From: Candidatus Eiseniibacteriota bacterium
Lineage (GTDB): Bacteria; Eisenbacteria; RBG-16-71-46
DNA length: 61,991 bases
Assembly: GCA_041483195.1 (NCBI GenBank)
Contig: JBGPFC010000025.1
Coordinates: forward strand, 1 to 61,991
Reading direction: 5' to 3'
Numbering within the stretch: the stretch's first letter is position 1; the number at the start of each line of letters is the position of its first letter. The notes under the pieces are model-generated. The model was given only the letters and a program-made list of their open reading frames with translations, did no database searches and was not told where the DNA came from. The position numbers were made by a program, and so were the translations under genes. Below, piece after piece: positions 28,066 through 39,400 of the stretch.

Positions 28066-28649
28066 CGTCCGATCGTGCTGTCGGCGCCGCCGCCGATCGA
28101 GTCCGGCGGCCCGCCGATGCGCATGCGGAAGCCGCGCCCCGGCATCATCACCATCGCCGTGGCCTGCGAGAGGAACTGCCGCGTCGCGAGCGCGCCGCCG
28201 TATCCCGCCTGGATCTGGGAGTGCGCGCCGTCGGGTGAGACCACGACCAGCGTCGGCAGCTGCTTCACGCCGAAGCGCGCCTCGAGCGCTTCGACGCCGG
28301 GCGGGTTGTGGCCGCCGGCGCGCTTCGAGTCGAGCACACGCACCGGGATGAAATGCTCGTTGATGCTCGTCGCCGCCATCGGGTCGCCGAACACCTCGCG
28401 GCTCAATTGCCGGCACGGGTCCGAGCGCTCGTCGGTGAAGCAGTAGAGCACGAGCTTCCCGTGCACGCGCGCCTCGGCCTCGCCCGCACCCGGATCGCGC
28501 CACTCGACGAGGTCGGGGCGCTCGACCGGCCGCACGTGCTCGACGATGCCGAGCGTCACGCGCGCGGCGAGCAGCGCGCCCGCGATCGCGAGCAGCGTCA
28601 CCGGCGTCGCGCGGCTCGAGCGCGAACGGGCGCCGTCAGTCGCTGGCAT
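28062..28649 (-). CDS. Thioredoxin-fold membrane-anchored protein (SxxC variant)
   Basis: GKLVLYCFTDERSDPCRQL, FIPVRV, FGVKQLPTLVV. Confidence 0.75.
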   Translation of the reverse strand: MPATDGARSRSSRATPVTLLAIAGALLAARVTLGIVEHVRPVERPDLVEWRDPGAGEAEARVHGKLVLYCFTDERSDPCRQLSREVFGDPMAATSINEHFIPVRVLDSKRAGGHNPPGVEALEARFGVKQLPTLVVVSPDGAHSQIQAGYGGALATRQFLSQATAMVMMPGRGFRMRIGGPPDSIGGGADSTIGR

Positions 28650-29346
28650 ACGACAGCTCCCGCCGGTTCAGGATCACGATCGCGAGCGCGAGGCAGAGCG
28701 TGACCGTCGAGAAGTAGGACGCCACGTCGAACCACGGAACCGGTCCGCCCGTGAACACCTGCGAAAGATCGAGCGCCGGGGCCGCGAACCGCGACAGCTC
28801 GACCCCCGCGCGCACCACCCACGGCGCGTGGAACAGGCTGCCCGCGATCTGCACGCCCTGCGCGGCGAGCCCCAGCACGATCACGCCGAGGATATCGCCG
28901 ATCCCGGGCAGGAAGCTCGAGAGCAGCAGCAGCAGGCTGACGGTTCCGAATCCCGACAGGATCTGCGTGCCCGCGAACAGCGCGAGCGCGCTCGGCGGAG
29001 GGGTCTCGCCGCGCGCGGCGAGCAGCCCGCTCCCGATCGCGATCTGGATTAGGACCAGGGACGTCACCGCGGCGCCGATCGCGAGCCAGCGGCTCACCAC
29101 GTACTCGCCGCGCGAGACCGGCCGCGCGAACAGCAGCTGCAGCGTGCCCGCCGAGAAATCCTGGCCGATGATCCCGGCGCCGAGGATGAACGCGTACGCG
29201 GCCGCGGTCTGGAGCGGGAGCAGGCCGATGCCATGAACGAACGCCATCGGCAGCAGCGGCAGCGTGAAGAAACCCAGCACCAGCGCGAGGCGCGGCGGGC
29301 TCTGCGCGCGCTGGCGAATCGCGGCGGCGAACAGCGTCTGGTTCAT
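28636..29346 (-). CDS. ABC-2 type transporter permease
   Basis: GQDFSAGTLQLLFARPVSRGEYVVSRW; six TM segments; ATGA overlap with the ATPase. Confidence 0.85.
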   Translation of the reverse strand: MNQTLFAAAIRQRAQSPPRLALVLGFFTLPLLPMAFVHGIGLLPLQTAAAYAFILGAGIIGQDFSAGTLQLLFARPVSRGEYVVSRWLAIGAAVTSLVLIQIAIGSGLLAARGETPPPSALALFAGTQILSGFGTVSLLLLLSSFLPGIGDILGVIVLGLAAQGVQIAGSLFHAPWVVRAGVELSRFAAPALDLSQVFTGGPVPWFDVASYFSTVTLCLALAIVILNRRELSYASD

Positions 29347-30296
29347 GGCGCGGCCTCCGTGGCCGGCTCCACGAACAACCGCTCGAGCCGCCCGCCTTCG
29401 GGCGTGGCCTCGACCACGCGCACGCCGCTTGCGAGCAGCGTCTGGATGAGCAGCGCGGCGGTGTCGTCGTCGGCCACCGAGAAGCGCGCGGCGGGCGGGC
29501 GCACCTCGAGCAGCGAGGCGCCCGAGCCGGCGGCGAGCGCGCCGAGGCGCTCGGCCGCGATCGCCTCCGGATCGGAGCTCGCCGCCCATCGCACCGCGAT
29601 CACGCGCGTGGACTCGGCTCCGGCCGACATCGTCTCGATCGACTGCACCTGGCCGCCCTTCACGAACGCGACGCGATCGCAGATGCGCTCGACCTCGTCG
29701 AGCTGGTGCGAGTTCACGATGAGGGTCGCGCCGCTCGCGCGCATCTCGCCGAGCAGGCGGCGGAACAGCAGCACGCCGGCCGGGTCGATCCCCGAGATCG
29801 GCTCGTCGAGGAACACGTAGCGCGGCGCGCCGAGCAGCGCCTGCGCGAGCCCGAGCCGCTGCAGCATGCCGCGCGAGTAGCGCCGGATCGCCTGACCGCC
29901 CGCTTCGGGGGCGAGGCCCACGCGCGCGAGCGCCTCGGTCGCCTGCTCGCGGCGCCCGCCGGGCGCGAGCCCCGCGAGCGCGTGATGGTAGGTGAGGAAT
30001 TCGAGCCCGGTCATCCAGCGATCGAGCACCAGGCGCTCGGGCAGGTAGCCCGTCACGCGGCGCACCGCGAGGTCGTCTGGCGCGTGGCCATCGATCGTGA
30101 TCCGCCCGGAGTCGGGCCTCAGGAATCCGAGCAGGCAGCCCACCAGCGTGGTCTTGCCGGCGCCGTTGGGCCCGATGACGCCGAACGCCTCGCCGGCGGT
30201 CACGGTGAGCGAGACGTTGTCGAGCGCGCGCACGTTGCCGCGCCGGTAGGTCTTGCTCAGGCCCTCGATCTGGATTCCGCTCGCGGTGGCTTCCAT
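29343..30296 (-). CDS. ABC transporter ATP-binding protein
   Basis: GPNGAGKT, YSRGMLQR, FLDEPISG, NSH. Confidence 0.93.
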   Translation of the reverse strand: MEATASGIQIEGLSKTYRRGNVRALDNVSLTVTAGEAFGVIGPNGAGKTTLVGCLLGFLRPDSGRITIDGHAPDDLAVRRVTGYLPERLVLDRWMTGLEFLTYHHALAGLAPGGRREQATEALARVGLAPEAGGQAIRRYSRGMLQRLGLAQALLGAPRYVFLDEPISGIDPAGVLLFRRLLGEMRASGATLIVNSHQLDEVERICDRVAFVKGGQVQSIETMSAGAESTRVIAVRWAASSDPEAIAAERLGALAAGSGASLLEVRPPAARFSVADDDTAALLIQTLLASGVRVVEATPEGGRLERLFVEPATEAAP

Positions 30297-30510
30297 GAGG
30301 CGGCGTTTGTACACCATCCGCACGGGTCCGGCCAGCGGGAACTCGCGGGAACGCCCGCGCCGGCGGCGCCCGCGAGCGCCCGGGGCGAGCGCGTGCACCG
30401 GGGCCGCCTCCGGTGCGATAATCGCCGCCGCTCGCGCGCCCCACGCGCGGGCGCCCACCGGAATCACATCGCCGTCATGAGACGGGCGAATTCCCGGAGT
30501 CTTGAGGATC

Positions 30511-32766
30511 GTGGAACGGATCGGACGCTACCGGATCGAGAAGAAGCTGGGCGAGGGCGGGATGGGGGTGGTGTATTCCGCGCACGACGAGCAGCTCGAG
30601 CGGCCGGTGGCGATCAAGATGATCCGCGACGGCGCGAGCGACGCGCGGGCACGCGAGCGCTTCTGGCGCGAGGCGCGGGCGGCGGCGCGGGTGAACCACC
30701 CGAACGTCTGCCAGCTGTACGAGATCGGGGAAGAGCAGGGCGCACTGTTCATCGCGATGGAGCTGCTGGAAGGGGAGTCGCTGGCGAGCCGGCTGGAGCG
30801 CGGTCCGCTGGCGCTGGCGGAGGCGGCGCAGATCGGGCTGGCGATGCTGGCGGCGCTGGACGCGCTGCATCGGCGCGGGATCGTGCACCGGGACCTGAAG
30901 CCCTCGAACGTGTTTCTGACGCCGCACGGGGTGAAGCTGCTGGACTTCGGGCTGGCGCGGAGCGCGGCGGGAGCGGGGGCGGGGACGCTGAGCGAGACCG
31001 GGATCACGCAGCCGGGGACGGTGCTGGGGACGCCGCGCTACATGGCGCCGGAGCAGATCCTGGGACACCCGGCCGATCATCGCGCGGACGTGTTCGCGGC
31101 GGGGGCCGTGATGTTCGAGATGTTGAGCGGCAAGGCGGCGTTCGGCGGCGACACCGTGATGCAGGTGCTGCACGCGGTCACGCACGAGCAACCGCCGGCG
31201 CTGATGGGCTCGCCCGGGATCGTGGCGGTGGATCGCACCATTCACCGCGCGCTCGCCAAGCGGCCCGAAGAGCGATACGCCTCGGCGGACGCGATGGCGC
31301 AGGACCTGCGTGCCGCGCTGCTGCTCGGCGAGACCGGAGAGACCGGCGAGACCGCGCGCGCGCGATCGCTCACGCGGCTGATCGTGCTGCCGTTCCGCAT
31401 TCTCAGGCCCGACCCCGAGACCGACTTCCTCGCGATCAGCCTCGCCGACGCCATCACCAGCTCGCTCTCCGGGCTCGAATCGCTGGTGGTGCGCTCGACC
31501 ATCACCGCCGCGCGTTTCGTCGGCGAGACGCCCGACCTCGAGGCGATCGCGGCCGGGGCCGAGGTCGACGCGGTGCTGATCGGCACGCTGCTGCGCGCCG
31601 GCGATCAGCTGCGGGTCAACGCGCAGCTGGTCGAGGCGCCGGGCGGAACGGTGGTGTGCACGCACACCGCGCAGGGGCTGCTGCGCGACATCTTCCAGCT
31701 TCAGGACGACCTCGCGGCCCGCATCGTCGAGGCGCTCGCCATTCCGCTCACCGCGCGCGAGCACAAGCAGCTCAAGCACGACGTGCCGGCGAGCCCCGCG
31801 GCCTACGAGTACTACTTGCGGGCGAATCAGCTCTACGTCGAATCCTCGCAGTGGCCGGTGGCGCGCGATCTGTACCTGCGCTGCCTCGAGGAGGACCCGC
31901 GTTACGCGCCGGCCTGGGCGCGGCTCGGCCGCGTGTACCGCGTGCTGTCGAAGTACGGAGACAAGGGCGCGCTCGAGGATCGCGCGCGCGCCGAGGCCGC
32001 TTTCCAGCGTGCGCTCGAGATCAATCCGGATCTCTCGATCGCGCACAATCTGTACGCGAGCCTCGAGGCCGAGCTGGGCCGCGCGAAGGACGCGATGGCG
32101 CGGCTCGTGAAGCGCGCGGCCGCGCACCGCGCCGATCCCGAACTCTTCTCGGGCCTGGTGCTCACCTGCCGCTACTGCGGGCTGCTCGAAGCCTCGGTTG
32201 CGGCCGACGCGCAGGCCCGCCGGCTCGATCCCGCGGCGCTCACCAGCGTGAGCTTCACCTACCACGCGCTCGGCGACTTCGGCCGCGCCCTCGAGACCGC
32301 CGACCAGAATCCGCGCTACAACGAAGCGCTCGCGCTCTACGAGCTGGGGCGCGAGGACGAGGCGCTGCGCATCGTGCGCGAGATGGAGACCACCAACATC
32401 CACGCCGCGGCGCGGATGCTGGCGACCACCTACCGCGCGACGTACACCGGCCAGCGCGAAGAATGCCTCGCGGCCGCCGAGCAGATGGACGGCACCGGCT
32501 TCGCGGATCCCGAGGGCTGGTATCTGCTCGCGCGTTCCCTCTCGCGCCTCGGCGCGCGCGGGGCCGCGCTCGATCGCTTCGAGCGCGCGGTGGAGGGCGG
32601 GTTCTTCTGCTACCCCGCGTTCAAGCGCGATGCGTGGCTCGATCCGCTCCGCACCGATCCGCGCTTCACGCGCATCCTGAAGCGAGCCGAAGAACGCCAT
32701 CGCGACGCGCAGGCCGCCTTCACCGCGGCCGGGGGAGAGGCGGTGCTGGGGATGGGGACGCGGTAG
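30511..32766 (+). CDS. Hanks-type Ser/Thr kinase with TolB-N-like and TPR domains
   Basis: LGEGGMGVVY, HRDLKPSN, DFG, GTPRYMAPEQ; LIVLPF...LRVNAQLV...DIFQLQD; AYEYYLRA...DP.YAPAWA; DAWLDPLRTDPRF. Confidence 0.92.
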   Translation: MERIGRYRIEKKLGEGGMGVVYSAHDEQLERPVAIKMIRDGASDARARERFWREARAAARVNHPNVCQLYEIGEEQGALFIAMELLEGESLASRLERGPLALAEAAQIGLAMLAALDALHRRGIVHRDLKPSNVFLTPHGVKLLDFGLARSAAGAGAGTLSETGITQPGTVLGTPRYMAPEQILGHPADHRADVFAAGAVMFEMLSGKAAFGGDTVMQVLHAVTHEQPPALMGSPGIVAVDRTIHRALAKRPEERYASADAMAQDLRAALLLGETGETGETARARSLTRLIVLPFRILRPDPETDFLAISLADAITSSLSGLESLVVRSTITAARFVGETPDLEAIAAGAEVDAVLIGTLLRAGDQLRVNAQLVEAPGGTVVCTHTAQGLLRDIFQLQDDLAARIVEALAIPLTAREHKQLKHDVPASPAAYEYYLRANQLYVESSQWPVARDLYLRCLEEDPRYAPAWARLGRVYRVLSKYGDKGALEDRARAEAAFQRALEINPDLSIAHNLYASLEAELGRAKDAMARLVKRAAAHRADPELFSGLVLTCRYCGLLEASVAADAQARRLDPAALTSVSFTYHALGDFGRALETADQNPRYNEALALYELGREDEALRIVREMETTNIHAAARMLATTYRATYTGQREECLAAAEQMDGTGFADPEGWYLLARSLSRLGARGAALDRFERAVEGGFFCYPAFKRDAWLDPLRTDPRFTRILKRAEERHRDAQAAFTAAGGEAVLGMGTR

Positions 32767-33438
32767 CTCGAGCGACCGGGCGCCGAGAGCGCGACCGGGG
32801 GCGCATCTTGCTGGGCGCGGGAGTCGAATATCGAATACGACTGCCGGAGAATATCAAATCCTCCGATCGGCCCACGCTGGCGTCGTCCGCAGGCCACGGT
32901 TCGATTCCCTCGTGTGATCCCACCGCGAGCCGCGCAAGAGCGCGTATGCTGACGCCGTGACATGCTGCGGTCACGGCTGGCGTGCCCGGTTGTCAGCCGC
33001 CGCGTGGCGGGTGCGTAGAGTGCGCCTCGGCCGCATGCGTTCTGACATGCACTTACATTTCCGCTGACGCGCCGCAGCCGGCTGTTTCGCGATGGTCCAA
33101 TCCTTGCCCGGACGCGCGCCCGCGTTGTGTCGGCGCGCGGGCCAGGCGGGCTCTCCGCGCCGCAGATCGCGCTCTAGAATCGGGACGCCATCATCGTGGC
33201 CTTCGCCGTCGCTCGCGTGAACGGCACGCCGTGCCGCTCCCGCGATCGACCCCCGACCCCACGACCCCTGGCGCCCGCCGGCAGGCGTCTCACACGGGGC
33301 AGGCACTCGAACGACCCGCGTAAGCACACGATCCACGCGCACACCGCGCGCGACCAACTCCAGACAGCCGTTCCCTTGTCCCACGCCGCCGGACGCCCCG
33401 GGCGCGAACGCCTTCTCGCCCGCCTGAGGGCTACTGCC

Positions 33439-36400
33439 GTGAATTTGCCCAAGCGCTTCAACGTCGCGCGAAGCGCCGCGACGGCGAGTCTATTTCTCGT
33501 GCTGCTCACCTGCATGGGCGTGTCGTCAGCCCTTGGCCAGTCGACGGTCAGCACCGACCGGAGCGACTACGCGCCGGGCGACACGGTCCTCGTGACCGGC
33601 GCCGGCTGGGTGCCGGGTGAGGGCGTCTCGTTGACGTTCACCGAAGATCCGCCGCGCCAACCGCCGGTCATGCTGATGGCGTCGGCAGATGGCAACGGCG
33701 TCATCTCCAACCGTGAATTCGTCGTGCCCGAGGGCGCGGAAGGCGTGCGGTTCACGCTCGAGGCGTTGGGTCAGCTCTCGGGCTTCGCCGCGCAGACCAC
33801 GTTCACCGACTCGCCCGAGCCACCGCCGGCGTTCGTGATGAAGTGGGGCTCGCAGGGAAGCGGCGACGGGCAGTTCAACAGTCCGTTTGGCGTCGCCACC
33901 GACGGGGCGGGCAATGTCTACGTGACGGATGTGGCCTTCAACCGCATCCAGAAATTCACGGGCGGTGGGGCCTTTCTCACCAAGTGGGGCTCGGGCGGCG
34001 GCGGAGACGGGCAGTTCAACAGTCCAAGCGGCGTCGCTACCGGCGCGGGCGGCATCGTCTATGTGGTGGAAATGAACGGCAACCGCATCCAGAAGTTCAC
34101 GAGTGGCGGGGCGTTCATTGCCAAATGGGGCTTGATCGGCAGCGGCGACGGGGAGTTCCACTCTCCAAATGGCGTCGCCACCGATGCGGCCGGCAACGTC
34201 TACGTGGCGGACGCGGGCAACAACCGCATCCAGAAATTTACGAGCGGCGGGACGTTTCTTGCCAAGTGGGGGTCGTTCGGCAGCGGCGACGGCCAGTTCA
34301 ACAATCCGCTTGGCGTCGCCACTGACGCGGCCGGCAACGTCTACGTGGCGGACTTCGCCAACAATCGCATCCAGAAGTTCACCAGCGGCGGGGCGTTCAT
34401 TGCCAAATGGGGCTCGTCCGGCAGCGGCGATGGGCAGTTCAGCTTTCCATATGCCCTCACCACCGACGCGGCCGGCAACCTCTACGTGACGGACCGCGAC
34501 AACAGCCGCGTCCAGAAGTTCACAGGTGGAGGGACCTTTCTTACCAAGTGGGGGTCGTTCGGCAGCGGCGACGGCCAGTTCAACAATCCGCTTGGCGTCG
34601 CCACCGGCGCGGCCGGAAGTGTCTATGTGGTGGACCTGCTTAACATCCGCATCCAGGTGTTCGCCTCCTCCTCCGCCGGGAACCGGCCCCCGATTCTCGA
34701 CCCGATCGGCAATCAGATCGTCAACGAAGAAACGAACCTGAGCTTCATGGCACACGCGACGGATCCCGACGTGCCGCCCCAGCCCCTGACCTATTCACTG
34801 GTCGGAGGCATCCCGGCGGGCGCCTCGATCAATCCCGCGAACGGTTTCTTCTCGTGGATTCCCACGGAGGCGCAGGGCCCGGGCGACTACTCGATCACGG
34901 TGTCCGTCTCCGACAACGGCGCCCCACTGCTGAGCGATTCCAAGTCGTTCAGCGTGCATGTGAACGAGGTCAACCGGCCGCCGACGCTGAACCCGATCGC
35001 GAACCAGGTGGTCGTCGAGGAGCAACTGCTGACGTTCATCGCGACCGCAACCGATCCCGATCTGCCCGCCAACACGCTGAGTTACTCGCTCGGCCCGGGC
35101 GCACCGTCGGGGGCGGCGATCGAGCCGAGCAGCGGCAACTTCACCTGGAGGCCGACCAGCACGCAGGGGCCGAACCTCTACACGATCACGGTCGTCGTGT
35201 CCGACAACGATGGTCCGCCGATGACCGATTCGAAGTCCTTCACCGTGCAGGTCGAGGAAGGGAACCGGCCTCCGGTGCTCGACCCGATCGGCAATCAGGT
35301 CGTCAACGAGGAGACGAACCTGAGCCTCATGGCACACGCGACGGATCCCGACGTGCCGCACCAGCCCCTGAGCTACTCGCTCTTTGGCGGGCAGGGCGTC
35401 ATGTATGGGTCCGACAACGTGGGGCATCTCTTCACGCTCAACCTGACGACGGGCCAGCCCACTCTCGTCTGCCAGCTTCCCGCCAGCTCGACGGAGATCG
35501 AGTACGACGCTTCGAGTGGGCGGCTCTGGGCGCAGGAGTCGGATGGCAGTTTCCGCATCGGCGGCTTCGACCCCGCCAGCTGCGCGCGTGTTTCGGGGCC
35601 CACGACCGACGGGAACGCATTCAATGGGTTGGAGTATGTGGGCAGCACGCTCTACGGCACCGGCATCACCTATGCGTGCGGGCCTTCCACACTCTTCATC
35701 CTCGACCCCGTGACCGGCGCCACCACCGCGATCGGGGCGACGGGGATGAGTCCGATCTCGGGGCTCGCCTGGAGCGCGGCCACGAGCACGATGTACGGAA
35801 TCACCGGCTGCGGGACCAGTGGCAACACGAAGCTGGTGACGATCAACCTGTCGACCGGGGTCGCGACGCAGATCGGCCCCGTTCAGACTTTCCAGGCCGG
35901 CAGTCTCGAGTTCGGCCCCGACGGCAATCTCTACGCCGGTTCGGACCGGGACGACGGAGGCCGGCTCTATCGGTTCACCGCGCCCTTCACGGGCATGGCC
36001 ACGCTCGTGGGTCCCACCGGATACGCGCCGATTTCGGGGCTGACGCTGGTGACCTCGGGTGGTGGAGGGGTTCCTGCCGGAGCCTCGATCGATCCCGTGA
36101 GCGGATTGTTCAACTGGACGCCGACCGAAGCGCAGGGGCCGGGCGACTACCCGATTACGGTGACCGCCACCGACAACGGGACGCCGCCGCTCAGCGATTC
36201 CAAGTCGTTCAGCGTGCACGTGAATGAGGTCGACAAGCCACCGGTGCTGGTGCCGATCGCGGATCAGACCGTGAACGAGGAGACGACGCTCTCACTCATG
36301 GTGACGGCGACGGATCCGGACCTGCCGGCCAACACGCTGAGCTATTCACTCACGTCGGCACCGTCGGGCGCGACCATCGAGTCGAACTCCGGCCTGTTCA

Positions 36401-39400
36401 AGTGGACGCCCCTCGAGGCGCAGGGACCGGGCGACTACCTGGTGACGGTGAAGGTGTCGGACAACGACGGGCCGCCGATGACCGACTCCAAGTCGTTCAC
36501 CGTGCACGTCAAGGAAGCGAACCGGCCGCCGACGTTGAATCCGATCGCGGACCAGACGGTGGACGAGGAGCAACCGCTCTCGTTCAGCGCGACTGCAACC
36601 GATCCCGACCTGCCGGCCAACACGCTGAAGTTCACGCTCTCGGGCGCGCCGTCGGGCGCAACTATCGACCCGGGCAGCGGCCTCTTCAGCTGGACACCGA
36701 CCGAGGCGCAGGGGCCGGGCGATTACCCGGTGACGGTGGACGTCTCGGACAACGACGGCCCGCCGCTGACCGACTCGAAGACGTTCAACATTCACGTCAA
36801 CGAGGTCAACCAGCCGCCGGTGCTGGCGGCGATCGCGGACCAGGCCGTCGACGAGGGGACGCTGCTCTCGCTCACGGCGACCGCGACCGATCCCGATCTG
36901 CCGGCGCAAACGCTGGCGTACTCGCTGGTGAGTCCGCCGGAGGGCGCGGCCATCGACCCCACGACCGGCATCTTCAGCTGGACTCCCACGAGTGCGCAGG
37001 GGCCGGGGGATTACACCGTCACGGTGCGGGCCAGCGATGACGGCAGCCCGCCGATGTGGGCAGACAAGTCGTTCGCTGTCCACGTCAACGAGGTCAACGG
37101 GCCGCCGACGCTGAACCCGATCGCGAATCAGGTGGTGGATGAGGAGACGACGCTCTCGCTGACGGCGACCGCGACCGATCCCAATCTGCCGGCGCAATCG
37201 CTGACGTACTCATTCGGCGAGGACGCGCCGCCGGGATCGTCGATCAATGCGAGCACTGGCGAGTTCAGCTGGTACCCGGACGAGAGCCAGGGCCCGGGTG
37301 ATTACGTCGCCAAGATCGTTGTGTCCGACGACGGCACCCCGCCGCTCTCCGCCGAGCAGCAGTTCAGCATTCATGTCGGCGAGGTCAATCGGGCGCCCAC
37401 GGTGAAGTTCGAAAAGGGTGTTGTTGTGCACGAACCACCGCTACCCCCCTACGGTCCAGTCGACGAGGGGACGCTCTTCACGCTCGGCTACAGGGAAGGG
37501 GATCCGGACATCCCCACGAACGCGGTGACGGTGACGCTCGTGGATCCCCCGGCCGGCGCAACGCTCGATGCGGAACACCGCCTCATCGTCTGGACACCCG
37601 ACGAATCGCAAGGCCCCGGGGATTACGTCCTCAGGGTGCGGGCGACGGACGACGGCATCCCGCCGCTCTCGGGCGAGGACTCCGTGACCATTCACGTCAA
37701 CGAGGTGAACCAGCCGCCCGTCCTCGCTGTCGAGGACCAGACGGTCGATGAGCGGACGACGATGAGCTACCCGATTCCCGCGACGGATCCCGATCTGCCG
37801 CCCAACGCGCTGACGTACAAGCTCGCCAAGGGCCCGCCGGGGGCGACCCTGGACAAGAATACCGGCCTCCTCACGTGGACACCGACCGAAGCCCAGGGTC
37901 CCGGAGTCTTCGAGGTGGACGTCGAAGTGTCCGACAACGACGGCCCGCCGCTCACGGATAGGAAGAAATTCAAGATTCACGTGAACGAGACGAACATGGC
38001 GCCGCACCTCTCCCCGATCGCCGATCAGAACGTGGATGAGGGAGCCGAGTGGAGCCTCAGGCCGAGTGCTCACGACAAGGACGACACTCCATCCAACAGC
38101 CTGACCTTCTCAGTCGGCCCGGGTGCCCCGCCTGAAATGGCCATCGACGCGGGCAATGGGACCCTCACCTGGACTCCCACCGAAGCCGAGGGGCCGGGCG
38201 ACTACGCGGTCACGGTGCAGGTCGTGGACAACGGCGTGCCGCCGCTCACCGCTGAGCAGACGTTTTCGATCCACGTCAACGAGGTGAACTCGGCGCCGGT
38301 GATCGCCGGGTTCAACGACCGCACCATTCCCGAGGGCACGCTCTTCAGCATGACGGTGGATGCGAGCGATCCGGACATTCCCGCAAATCACCTGGCGTTC
38401 GCGCTCGAGGCCGGTGCGCCGGAGGGAGCGGCGATCGATGCAGCGACCGGCTTGCTCACCTGGACGCCGACCGAGGCGCAGGGACCGGGGGCGTATCCGA
38501 TCGGAGTGGTCGTGACGGACGCTGGCAATCCACCGCTCAGCAGCGTGAAGGAGTGCACGATCACCGTCGCGGAAGGGAATCTCCCGCCGGTGGTGTCGGT
38601 GCCGCTTCCGATCACGGTGAACGAGGGCGCGCACGTCGCATTCGTGGCGACTGCGACCGATCCCGATCTGCCGGCCAACACGCTCACGTTCTCGCTGGTT
38701 CCGCCCTCGCCGGTGGGATCGATGATCGACGCCCACACCGGGGCGGTCACGTGGGCGACGACCGACAATGGAGCATTCACGCTCCGGGTCTCGGTGGACG
38801 ACGGCGTGGGAGGCGTCACCACCGGCGATGCGGACGTCACGGTCAACAACGTGGCGCCCACGGTCGCGATCACCGGCCCGGTGGTCGGAACGGTGGTGCG
38901 CGTCGGCGTGCCGGTTAGTTTCACCGGCACCTTCGGCGACTCCGGCTCGGGCGACACGCACACGGCGCAGTGGTCCTTCAACGACATCAACACGCCGGGG
39001 GTCGTGAACGAGTCCGCGCATTCGGTCGCCGCGAGCTACACGTTTACGGCGGCCGGAGTCTACATGGTGAAGCTGACCGTGACCGACGACGACCTGGCAT
39101 CGGGCACCGCGGCGCAGATCGGAACCGTCAACGCGATGGTCGTGGTCTACGATCCGAACGCGGGCTACGTGATCGGCGCCGGGTGGATCAACTCGCCGGC
39201 CGGAGCGTATGTCGCGAATCCCGCGCTCACCGGTCAGGCGCTGTTCGGATTCGTGTCGAAGTACAAGAAGGGCGCGACCGTGCCGGATGGCGTGACGGAA
39301 TTCCTGTACTGCGTCGGCAACCTCTACTTCCACAGCTCGACCTACGACTGGCTGGTCGTGACCGCGTCCATGGGGCAATTCACGGGCCGGGGCACGATCA

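Noticed and set aside
33832..38845. Tandem repeats as a CRISPR array or diversity-generating retroelement
   Set aside because: The repeats are in-frame protein domains with no unique spacers, and there is no cas or reverse transcriptase gene in the window.
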